Below, piece after piece: positions 16,695-25,067 of a DNA stretch of 41,435 bases. The translations under genes and the position numbers were made by a program. Each line of letters begins with the position of its first letter. The stretch's first letter is position 1. The stretch covers positions 1-41,435 of the forward strand of contig JAGHSG010000055.1 in the NCBI GenBank assembly GCA_018066005.1. The letters run 5' to 3'. Below the pieces are notes generated by a model. The model was given only the letters and a program-made list of their open reading frames with translations. It was not told the origin of the DNA and did no database searches. This stretch comes from Bacteroidales bacterium. Lineage in GTDB: Bacteria > Bacteroidota > Bacteroidia > Bacteroidales > Paludibacteraceae.

Positions 16695-17458
16695 GGAATC
16701 ATATATCCGATGCGCGCTTTAAGAATAAGTCCCAAACGCGGATTGAATTCAAAATTAGTATCTATTTGCAAGTTATCAAAACGCATTCCTACACCTAAAC
16801 AGGCTACTACCTGCTCCCTATAATAGCAACCTATTTTAAGAATGAGTTGGTCTATACACTGCCATTCAACGGATGTGGCTATACGCCATGTGGTAACCGG
16901 GTCATAATCGCCCTGCAAAGACCAATGGAATCCTTTATAAAAACGGTAATCCGTACCTAACGAATATACCGATGAAACGGAGCGTTTTTCATCATCCGTG
17001 ATACGTATTTTCTGCATAAAGGGGTTATAGGAGAAAGCACCTATCGTAAAGTTTTCCGTCACGTCTATCGTAACCCCCAATTCGGGTATAAAAGTGCCTT
17101 TATATTTCAAATCGTCCCCCGCATAGATAGTATAGTAATTGGCACCTATACCTATACTGAAACGCCCGAAACGACGAGCCAGAGTCAGTCCCACCTGCAT
17201 CTCCTGATACTTACTGTAACCGTAAAAAGAAAATCCTACACCTATATTTATATATGGATTGCAATATCCCATTTGAATGGTGGCTGTATTGAGAGCCGCA
17301 AGGAGATATTCATTTTCATATTGGGCGGCGAATTGAAAACGGGCAGGCTGAACCAGACAGGCAGGATTCTGAAAGGTCGTCCAACTATCCGTCCGCGACG
17401 TCTGAATATTGCCTATATGCATCGCCGATGTTAATATAATGCAGATAATTTCAAGCAT
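16691..17458 (-). CDS. Outer-membrane beta-barrel protein, possibly PorP/SprF-like
   Basis: It has a strand-like pattern and an FQNPA motif near the N-terminus. Its stop overlaps the downstream start by 4 nt. I chose the start at MLEIICI (17458) because the longer ORF (to 17548) crosses both divergent promoters. The start remains uncertain; 17422 is an alternative. Confidence 0.55.
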   Translation of the reverse strand: MLEIICIILTSAMHIGNIQTSRTDSWTTFQNPACLVQPARFQFAAQYENEYLLAALNTATIQMGYCNPYINIGVGFSFYGYSKYQEMQVGLTLARRFGRFSIGIGANYYTIYAGDDLKYKGTFIPELGVTIDVTENFTIGAFSYNPFMQKIRITDDEKRSVSSVYSLGTDYRFYKGFHWSLQGDYDPVTTWRIATSVEWQCIDQLILKIGCYYREQVVACLGVGMRFDNLQIDTNFEFNPRLGLILKARIGYMIP

Positions 17459-17466
17459 ACTGACCG

Positions 17467-17497
17467 CAAAGATATAAAAAAAATTGTATATATCAAA
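17467..17497 (-). promoter_or_regulatory. Bacteroides-type promoter for the barrel gene pair
   Basis: On the minus strand, TATCTTTG lies at 17474-17467 and TTTG at 17497-17494, with 19-nt spacing. Confidence 0.5.
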
Positions 17498-17514
17498 AAA
17501 AAAGTGTACCTTTG
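17484..17514 (+). promoter_or_regulatory. Divergent promoter for the 17527 membrane-protein gene
   Basis: TACCTTTG lies at 17507-17514, and a partial -33 (ATTG) sits 20 nt upstream. Confidence 0.5.
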
Positions 17515-17526
17515 TAGCGCATAACA

Positions 17527-18261
17527 ATGACTTCTCGGTGGAAAACATATTATAACTCGTGGAAGAAATACCTCCGGTGGATCAGTTGGGGTATGAGTGC
17601 TGCCGCACTGGCATACCTCGTCTATAAACTATATACCTACCCCGACTACCGACAACTCAACCTCTACCTCCACGCTGCCGGCACAACCGATTGGTACTGC
17701 CTGACCGTTGCCGTCCTGCTCATACCAGTCCAACTGCTCGCCGAAGCACGACGATGGCAATGGACCCTGCGCGGATGGAAAAAAATATCCCTCCATACGA
17801 GTTGGCAACACGTCCTCACCGGACTTATCGCCGGATTCATAACACCCTATAGAGCCGGAGACATACCCGCACGACTCCTCGCCGCAGGAATAGACTCCAC
17901 ACACAACGACAACGACAACTGGCACACATGGCTGCACGACTGGAAAAAATGGTTCCCCGTACTCCTGTGGACCGTCATCCGATACCTCATCTGGGGACTC
18001 CAACTGTGGGCGGTACTGACCTTCGTCCATATACACCTGTCACCCCTGCAAGCACTCTCCTCTATCGCCCTCTACTACCTCGTCATCAGCATCATGCCCG
18101 GACTGCCCGCTGCCGATGTCGCACTCAAAGGAGGATGGGCGGTTATCATCTTTGAACAATATACTGACAATATACCTGCCATCGCTATCGCCGTCAGCAT
18201 AATTTGGCTTATCAATACGATTTTACCCGTTTTATTTGCAAGTATCAAAAAGTTTTTGTAA
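17527..18261 (+). CDS. Integral membrane protein (possibly UPF0104 / LPG-synthase-TM-like)
   Basis: 244 aa with several hydrophobic helices. The family assignment is a guess. Confidence 0.6.
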   Translation: MTSRWKTYYNSWKKYLRWISWGMSAAALAYLVYKLYTYPDYRQLNLYLHAAGTTDWYCLTVAVLLIPVQLLAEARRWQWTLRGWKKISLHTSWQHVLTGLIAGFITPYRAGDIPARLLAAGIDSTHNDNDNWHTWLHDWKKWFPVLLWTVIRYLIWGLQLWAVLTFVHIHLSPLQALSSIALYYLVISIMPGLPAADVALKGGWAVIIFEQYTDNIPAIAIAVSIIWLINTILPVLFASIKKFL

Positions 18262-18266
18262 TTTTG
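18235..18266 (+). promoter_or_regulatory. Strong Bacteroides-type promoter overlapping the preceding stop codon
   Basis: TTTG lies at 18235-18238 and TAATTTTG at 18259-18266, with 20-nt spacing. I found no other TAnnTTTG box before the malQ ATG. Confidence 0.6.
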
Positions 18267-18588
18267 CAGTCAGTTTTTCGAAGTGTTGAAAACAAAATAA
18301 AACTCTATTTTAATCACAAGCGGGCTTTTTAGCCTTTTATCAGACATAAGAACGACACGTCGTCGGTGTCCATAAAAGCCTTATATCGCCCGCCACAAAG
18401 GAACAAAGAACACGAAAAATATGCTTTGTGAACTTCGTATCTTCGTGTTGGCGGCATACGTGTGGAGAGCCCTATCGGCAAGTAGCGGAGCGGAGTGCCC
18501 AACAGGGCGAAACGCACAAAGCAGACAGTTGTGATAAAAAAACAGTTATATAGAAGTGAAATTAGTAAGCTAACTAAATCAATCTAAT
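18267..18588 (+). promoter_or_regulatory. Long structured 5' leader, or an independent small RNA, upstream of malQ
   Basis: A ~320-nt non-coding gap has a GC-rich core (18320-18535). It contains mutually exclusive complementary segments and a 37-codon sORF (18421-18534). Confidence 0.4.
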
Positions 18589-21174
18589 ATGAATGCACAT
18601 TTTCAAATCAATTACCGGACCGAATTTGGTCAACAACTATGTATTATTCAATTCGGTGACAAACCCAAATACACCGAACAACAACCCCTCTACCTGTCTT
18701 GCGTAGGACAAGACTGCTGGATGACCGACATCGACCTCCCTGCCGGCACCTTCCAATATAAATACGCTATCCCCGTTCCCGGCGGCTTCCTGTACGAAGC
18801 GGGTGCCGTACGCAACATCGAGATGCGCTCTGCCGACAAAAACGTCTCCATCCACGACTACTGGCAAGCCATTGTCTACGAAAAAGCCTTCTACACCACC
18901 GCCTTCCTCAAATCGCTCTTCCGTCGCCAAGGCAACGAGAAAACACTCAAAAAAACAGCCAACGCTGCCAAAGGTAACGTACGCTTCACCATCGACCTGC
19001 CCCAGATACTCCCCTGCCAAGGCGTAGCCATCATGGGTAATATCAAGGAATTAGGCAACTGGGACGCAGCCAAAAAAGTCGTCATGGATGACTCCGACTT
19101 CCCCGTCTGGAATGCCGCCATTTCCGTTAAAGCAAACGAGATATTCGAATATAAATATGTCGTCTTCGACAAGACAACCAACCAAATCGTTGATATGGAA
19201 TGGGGCGAGAACCGCCACGTCTGGGGCGTACAGAAAGGCGTCGTCATCATGCAGAACGACCGCAATTTCCGCCGCACACACCCCCGCTGGAAAGGTGCCG
19301 GCGTAGCCGTACCCGTCTTCTCACTCCGCACCAACGAAGGTTTCGGCATAGGTGAGTTCCAAGACCTCAAAAAAATGGCAGACTGGGCCGTGATGACAGG
19401 TATGAAGATGATTCAGACACTGCCTATCAACGACACCACCCTCACCCATACCAACCGCGACAGTTACCCTTACAGCCCCGTCAGCGTCTTCGCCCTGCAC
19501 CCCATCTACATCAACATCGAGAAAATGGGTAAACTCACACCCGCACAACTCAAAAAATACAACGCCACCAAAGCCGAGTTCAACGCCAAGACCATAGCCG
19601 ACTACCAAGTCGTCTATGACGAGAAGATGAAGTACTTCAAAGCCCTGTACAAACAGGACAAAGAAACCCTCTTCGCTTCCGATGAATACAAGGATTTCTA
19701 CAAGAAGAGCAAAGGCTGGCTGGCTCCCTACGCCGACTTTATGGCCAAACGCGACAAGCAACCCAAAGACTTCTACTGCTTCCTGCAATTCCATGCCGAC
19801 AAGCAACTCAGCGAAGCCGTCGCTTACGCACACAGCATAGGCGTAGCTATGAAAGGGGATATACCTATCGGAATCAATCCCGACAGCGTGGATGCTTACC
19901 AAAACCCCGAACTGTTCAACCTCAAAGCCAGTGCCGGCGCTCCGCCTGATGACTTCGATGCTCGCGGACAGAACTGGGGCTTCCCGACCTATAACTGGGA
20001 TGTCATGGCTAAAGATAACTACGCCTGGTGGCAACAACGCTTCCAAAAAATGGCGGACTACTTCGACGCTTACCGTATCGACCATATCCTCGGTATGTTC
20101 CGTATATGGCAGATGCGCAAGACGGATGTTTGGGGACTGTGCGGACATTTCTGCCCCGCCCTGCCCTACAGCCTGCAAGACCTGTGGAACATGGGTGTCA
20201 AACTGGACGAAGACCGCATGACCAAACCCTATATTCGCAGCAACTTCCTCGGCGACGTCTTCGGCTACGATACCGACTACGCCAAAGAGCATTTCCTGCT
20301 TACCAACGACGGTTATGTCTATTATTTCCGTCCCGAATTTGATACGCAAGTCAAAGTACAGGAATATTTTGAACAAGGCGAAGGTCAGCAACTGCCCGAA
20401 GGACAGCGCATCAACCTTATGAACGGACTTATCTACCTGCACTGCGAAGTGCTCTTTGTCCGCGACCAAAAGAACGAGTTCATGCTCCACCCGCGTATCT
20501 CCATCTACCAGAGTCACAGTTTCAACGAACTGTACCAAGACCAGAAAGATGTTATCATGGGTATCTATAACGACTATTTCTTCCGTCGTCACACCGAGTT
20601 CTGGCGCAACAGTGCCATGAGCAAGATACCAACCCTTATCAACTCCACCGGTATGCTCTGCTGCGGTGAAGACTTAGGTATGGTACCCGAGTGCGTACCG
20701 CAAGTGATGCACGAACTGCAAATACTCTCCCTGGAGATTCAACGTATGCCCAAAGACCCGACTATCAAGTTTGCCCACCCTGCCGACGCACCTTATCTGA
20801 GTGTCTGCACCACGGGTACACACGACACCAACCCGCTCCGCGCCTGGTGGGAAGAAGACCGCAACACAACCCAACGCTTCTACAACGAGCAGATGGGCTG
20901 GTGGGGTGAAGCACCTGCCGAGATGACGCCCGAGATAGCCGAGTTCATCGTCAACCAACACATGTTCAGCCCCGCTATGTGGGTTATCCTCCCTCTGCAA
21001 GACTGGTTAGCCGTAGATGGTAACGTACGCATCCAAGACGCGCATGCCGACCGTATCAACCTGCCCAGCAACCCGCGGCATTTCTGGAACTACCGCATGC
21101 ACCTGAGCATAGAAGACCTGATGAAGAAGAAAGACCTCAACGCCAAGATTCGTCAACTTACTTCCGTACGATAA
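18589..21174 (+). CDS. malQ: 4-alpha-glucanotransferase (GH77) with N-terminal CBM20-type starch-binding modules
   Basis: 861 aa with GH77 motifs DAYRIDHILGMFRIW, CGEDLGMVP and THDT. The N-terminal ~230 aa show two beta-sandwich modules with W/Y patterns typical of CBM20. Confidence 0.92.
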   Translation: MNAHFQINYRTEFGQQLCIIQFGDKPKYTEQQPLYLSCVGQDCWMTDIDLPAGTFQYKYAIPVPGGFLYEAGAVRNIEMRSADKNVSIHDYWQAIVYEKAFYTTAFLKSLFRRQGNEKTLKKTANAAKGNVRFTIDLPQILPCQGVAIMGNIKELGNWDAAKKVVMDDSDFPVWNAAISVKANEIFEYKYVVFDKTTNQIVDMEWGENRHVWGVQKGVVIMQNDRNFRRTHPRWKGAGVAVPVFSLRTNEGFGIGEFQDLKKMADWAVMTGMKMIQTLPINDTTLTHTNRDSYPYSPVSVFALHPIYINIEKMGKLTPAQLKKYNATKAEFNAKTIADYQVVYDEKMKYFKALYKQDKETLFASDEYKDFYKKSKGWLAPYADFMAKRDKQPKDFYCFLQFHADKQLSEAVAYAHSIGVAMKGDIPIGINPDSVDAYQNPELFNLKASAGAPPDDFDARGQNWGFPTYNWDVMAKDNYAWWQQRFQKMADYFDAYRIDHILGMFRIWQMRKTDVWGLCGHFCPALPYSLQDLWNMGVKLDEDRMTKPYIRSNFLGDVFGYDTDYAKEHFLLTNDGYVYYFRPEFDTQVKVQEYFEQGEGQQLPEGQRINLMNGLIYLHCEVLFVRDQKNEFMLHPRISIYQSHSFNELYQDQKDVIMGIYNDYFFRRHTEFWRNSAMSKIPTLINSTGMLCCGEDLGMVPECVPQVMHELQILSLEIQRMPKDPTIKFAHPADAPYLSVCTTGTHDTNPLRAWWEEDRNTTQRFYNEQMGWWGEAPAEMTPEIAEFIVNQHMFSPAMWVILPLQDWLAVDGNVRIQDAHADRINLPSNPRHFWNYRMHLSIEDLMKKKDLNAKIRQLTSVR

Positions 21175-21995
21175 TGAAAAAACATCTTATGTATATCATG
21201 AGCATCCTGCCGGCCCTCGCGCTGGTGGGATGTTCTACTTCCGACAAGAAGTCACCCGCTACCTGCAACGACATCGTAGCGCATCCCTCGCAAGTTATCC
21301 TCACCTCCGCCGCCGTCAGCAGCGGCACCGACACCATATCTATGGGTGTCTGTGTCTATCTGCCGCAGGACTACACCGAAGCACAAACCTACCCCGTCCT
21401 CTACCTCTTGCACGGTAGCGGAGACGACGAGACAGGTTGGGTTGTCAAGGGTAATATGCAAGCCATCATGGACTCGCTCATCACGTCCGGCAGCACCATT
21501 CCTATGGTCGTTATTATGCCTAACGGCTATGCCGAGCACTACAACACATGGTTTGGTACGGACATTCCAGAACCCGAACAACGCCATTGGATGGACGGAT
21601 ATTTTGAGACGTTCTTTCCTTCGCTTATGGACTGGACAGCCGAACATTACTCCGTCTATACGGACAAAGCGCACACGGCTATTGCCGGACTCAGCATGGG
21701 CGGCTACCACACCATACACGTGGCAGGACTGCTGCAAGGGCGGTTTGACTACGTAGGACCGTTTTCGGCGGTGGAGAAAGTGCTGCCGCAATTGGATACG
21801 GTTATGATGGGCAACCCCCGTCTGTTCTGGATGGCGATAGGTGAAGATGATTTCCTGTATAGGAATAATGTACAGATGCGTGCGTATATGGACGAGCGCG
21901 GATACACGTACACGTACCACGAGTCCCAAGGCGGTCATGACTGGCCCAACTGGATGGACTACCTCCGCCTCTTCACCCCGCAACTATTTCACTAA
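21174..21995 (+). CDS. Lipoprotein esterase (alpha/beta hydrolase, esterase-D / CE1-like)
   Basis: It has a lipobox (LALVGCS), an LLHGSGDDE oxyanion region and a GLSMGG nucleophile elbow. Its start shares 1 nt with the malQ stop (TAATG). Confidence 0.85.
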   Translation: MKKHLMYIMSILPALALVGCSTSDKKSPATCNDIVAHPSQVILTSAAVSSGTDTISMGVCVYLPQDYTEAQTYPVLYLLHGSGDDETGWVVKGNMQAIMDSLITSGSTIPMVVIMPNGYAEHYNTWFGTDIPEPEQRHWMDGYFETFFPSLMDWTAEHYSVYTDKAHTAIAGLSMGGYHTIHVAGLLQGRFDYVGPFSAVEKVLPQLDTVMMGNPRLFWMAIGEDDFLYRNNVQMRAYMDERGYTYTYHESQGGHDWPNWMDYLRLFTPQLFH

Positions 21996-22017
21996 ATTGT
22001 TGTAGCGCCTGACGGCG

Positions 22018-23673
22018 TTAGAACCGGTACTGAACGAATGCTTCAATAGCTTCGTAGTCTGCCAGACCGAGTTTGGCATAGAGTTCGGCTGTGGCATGAT
22101 TACGGTCTTCGGCACGCTGCCAGAATAGGCGCTCATCATCGCCCATAAACGGCGCTGACTCCATCTGAGATTGGTGACGCAGAATTGTATTACGCTTGGA
22201 GCGCAGTTCTTCCGGTGACATAGGTACTGCCATCTCAATCAAATCCACATCCCACTCCATCCAAGCACCACGATACATCCAGACACGGCACTCACGCAGC
22301 CAAGGTTCGTGGTCTTTGAGTTCATCTATGGCTGCTAACACAGCATCCAGACACACTTTATGTGTTCCGTGCGGGTCGGCAAGGTCGCCTGCAACAAACA
22401 TCTCCTGGGGACGGATTTCCAAAAGCAGTTTTTTGACAATCTCTACATCGCGTTGCGACAGGTCACCCTTCTTGATTGTGCCGGTCTCGTAAAAAGGCAG
22501 ATTGAGGAAGTGTATATGCGACGTGTCCAATCCCATATACCGACAAGCTGCCGTAGCTTCACCGCGACGAATGAGAGCTTTGAGATCAAGAATTTCACGG
22601 GAAGAGAAATCTTGAACGGATAAAGGTTTATCGCTTGTGGATATTTTCTTATTGTTTAAAACTTGTGGAAGACCATTATTGAAGTCAAGGAAGTATTGTA
22701 AGTTTTCATCAGCGACAGCGATGCAGCCGCTGGTCTCGTAAGCAATATGTACGTTATGTCCTTGCTTAATAAGGCGTGCGAATGTTCCTCCCATAGAGAT
22801 GACGTCGTCATCCGGATGGGGCGAGAAGATAAGGATATCCTTGGGGTAAGGATTAGCCCGTTCGGGACGGTTGCTGTCATCGGCGTTGGGCTTACCTCCG
22901 GGCCATCCTGTAATGGTGTGCTGAATGTCATTAAAGACTTTTATATTGCAATTATAAGCAGAACCATACAAAACAACCAATTCGTTAAGACCGTTATTGT
23001 CATAATCTTTATTGGTGAGCTTAAGAATAGGTTTGCCCGTTTGTTGGCATAGCCAGACGATGGCACGTCGCGAGAGTTGGTCATCCCAATCACATCGTGT
23101 CACCAACCAAGGCCGTTGAATACGGGTTAGCAGAGCCGCAGCATTCAAATCACACACAATCTGCACACTTTTGTGATATTGCAGTTTAGAAGCCGGACTA
23201 CTATCTTTTACCTCGCCTTCAATAGCATCCAGAAGGGCTTGTGCTTTATGTTCACCCCATGCCACTAAAATAACCTCTTTGGCGTTCAGCATCGAACGTA
23301 TTCCCTGACCGCCTATCTGTCCGAGTGAACCAAGTCCGATAACCAACAGGTCCAGGGGTTCGTCATTACTGAGCAAACCATCCTGCCAATCAATAAAATG
23401 AACTTGCGTTTGCAAGGATGCTATGGCCTGGCGTATATCAACAAGTGATTTACCTGTGGATAACGCTATGGTAAACGATTTAGAAGATGCCTGTTGAACA
23501 CGCTCCGTAATCAATTTAGACACCAACGTACAGCCCTCATCGGCATTTTCAACGATGGTCGTCTGAATCTTCTCCCGTCGTGTAAGACGGGATAACTCCA
23601 ACGGATCTGTTGTTCGATAGAGTTTACTCGGGACGCGAGAAAGCACTATTTGTGAAGATAGATTATTTTTCAT
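22018..23673 (-). CDS. LmbE/PIG-L family de-N-acetylase fused to a reduced NagB-like (glucosamine-6-phosphate deaminase-like) N-terminal domain
   Basis: 551 aa. The PHPDDDVISMGGT and DPHGTH zinc motifs are present. The N-terminal half aligns by eye with NagB but lacks large segments. Confidence 0.8.
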   Translation of the reverse strand: MKNNLSSQIVLSRVPSKLYRTTDPLELSRLTRREKIQTTIVENADEGCTLVSKLITERVQQASSKSFTIALSTGKSLVDIRQAIASLQTQVHFIDWQDGLLSNDEPLDLLVIGLGSLGQIGGQGIRSMLNAKEVILVAWGEHKAQALLDAIEGEVKDSSPASKLQYHKSVQIVCDLNAAALLTRIQRPWLVTRCDWDDQLSRRAIVWLCQQTGKPILKLTNKDYDNNGLNELVVLYGSAYNCNIKVFNDIQHTITGWPGGKPNADDSNRPERANPYPKDILIFSPHPDDDVISMGGTFARLIKQGHNVHIAYETSGCIAVADENLQYFLDFNNGLPQVLNNKKISTSDKPLSVQDFSSREILDLKALIRRGEATAACRYMGLDTSHIHFLNLPFYETGTIKKGDLSQRDVEIVKKLLLEIRPQEMFVAGDLADPHGTHKVCLDAVLAAIDELKDHEPWLRECRVWMYRGAWMEWDVDLIEMAVPMSPEELRSKRNTILRHQSQMESAPFMGDDERLFWQRAEDRNHATAELYAKLGLADYEAIEAFVQYRF

Positions 23674-25067
23674 TTTTGCTTTTTCTTATTTTTTGATGCT
23701 TTATGCCAAACGATGCACACCAATAATACGGATAACGAAGCCGCAGCAATCCAGAAAAGTAAAGCGGGAGTGAAATTATACACACTCTTTTCAACCCCAT
23801 CCACTATCTCGATTGTCTTGTTGCCATCCAGCAAAACACCCGATACAATATCTTGCAAACCGGCTGCCGCATACGAGGCCATACCTACGATACCCAAGGC
23901 AGCGCCACTGACCTCACGCGGTACAATATCCACAGCCATCAATCCGCCTACAAAGCAAATAAGAATACCTATCGCTATACCGAACAGGACCATGGCCAAT
24001 ATATTCATCCACACAGCATTGCCGCCAAAAGCAAAGAGTGTCAGGGCAATGACCTCAATCACACCCGAAGAAACCGCCAAAACATATCGGTTGCCACGAA
24101 ACAGTTTATCACTAATCCATCCGCTGAACACCGTACCTATCACACCCAATAAAGCATTAATAGAGATAATCTGCGTGGCATCCACCAACGTAAATCCTTT
24201 GGTTTCTTGCAAGAAGAGCACGCCCCATCCGTTGACTGCATAGCGGCTGACATACATAAAAGCGGAAGCAAAAGCCAATACCCACACGTAGGGGTTTTTC
24301 ACCACCTGCCACTGCATACCTCCAACGGATTTTTTTTCTTCCTTTTGCGGTTCTTCTTCGCCCGCATACACGGCGATAGGTGGCAATCCCTTGCTCTCAG
24401 GCGAGTCATGCAACATCAATAGTACAATGAGTATGCCTACCCCGCCGGCCACAGCGGCTCCTACAAAACCGAACTGCCAACCGAACAGGCTAACTAATCC
24501 TCCTACCAATAGGAATGAGAAGAACTCGCCCAAGTTATGACTAAGAGACCAGAATCCATAGAAAGTGCCACGTCTCGACAATGGGAACCAACGCGACAAG
24601 CCTACTACACAAGGAGGAGCGCCCATTGACTGAGCAGCGCCGTTAATAGCCCACATAATAGCGAAGATGACATAGAACAGACTCATGGAAATGAGAGTCT
24701 GTTGCAGCGTAAGAAAGCCCATCACCCCCACAACGATATTGGCGATAGTGGAAAGCAATAAACCAGTAGCCATAAAACGTTTGATATTGCTATGGTCAGC
24801 CAAGAATCCGCTTATTAACTTACCTATCGCATAGGCGAACAATAGACAAGAAGATATTACACCTAATTGAGTGGCATCCAATAAGCCGCCATCCAAGATA
24901 GGTTTTTTCACCACATTGAGCGTAGTGCGGCACACATAATACATCGAATAGCCCAACGTGACAGAGATAATCGTAGACCACTGGAGCCTACGATACCTCT
25001 TTTTGATATCAGCGTCCGTTCCCTGGAAAGGAGCGGACGCCGGAGATTTCTTAAAAAAGTCAAGCAT
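23670..25067 (-). CDS. MFS transporter, organophosphate:Pi antiporter (UhpC/GlpT-like sugar-phosphate permease)
   Basis: 465 aa with about 12 TM segments. The N-terminal YRRLQWSTIISVTLGYSMYYVCR pattern is typical of the OPA family. Confidence 0.85.
   Translation of the reverse strand: MLDFFKKSPASAPFQGTDADIKKRYRRLQWSTIISVTLGYSMYYVCRTTLNVVKKPILDGGLLDATQLGVISSCLLFAYAIGKLISGFLADHSNIKRFMATGLLLSTIANIVVGVMGFLTLQQTLISMSLFYVIFAIMWAINGAAQSMGAPPCVVGLSRWFPLSRRGTFYGFWSLSHNLGEFFSFLLVGGLVSLFGWQFGFVGAAVAGGVGILIVLLMLHDSPESKGLPPIAVYAGEEEPQKEEKKSVGGMQWQVVKNPYVWVLAFASAFMYVSRYAVNGWGVLFLQETKGFTLVDATQIISINALLGVIGTVFSGWISDKLFRGNRYVLAVSSGVIEVIALTLFAFGGNAVWMNILAMVLFGIAIGILICFVGGLMAVDIVPREVSGAALGIVGMASYAAAGLQDIVSGVLLDGNKTIEIVDGVEKSVYNFTPALLFWIAAASLSVLLVCIVWHKASKNKKKQK

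Noticed and set aside
17880-17925. AACGAC triplet-like repeat (ACACACAACGACAACGACAAC) in the membrane-protein gene
   Set aside because: It has only two to three short units with a period that is a multiple of three, and it encodes HNDNDN in a loop. This is within normal low-complexity variation.
18329-18517. 62-aa minus-strand ORF in the malQ upstream region
   Set aside because: No promoter or partner gene lies in that orientation. The region is better explained as the structured plus-strand leader downstream of a consensus promoter.
19321-20592. 423-aa ORF antisense to malQ. Similar long antisense or shadow ORFs lie at 5225-6406, 27976-29010, 2268-3110, 21252-21983, 9331-10041, 8537-9205 and 37782-38456.
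   Set aside because: Each lies entirely within a strongly supported gene on the opposite strand. Their compositions are typical of stop-poor antisense frames (rich in V, R, H and L), and they carry no recognisable motifs.
22004-22019. Small hairpin (AGCGCC-TGAC-GGCGTT) between the convergent esterase and LmbE-fusion genes as a bidirectional terminator
   Set aside because: The stem is only 6 bp including a G-U pair. There is no U-tract on either strand, and it overlaps a stop codon. The evidence is too weak to call.
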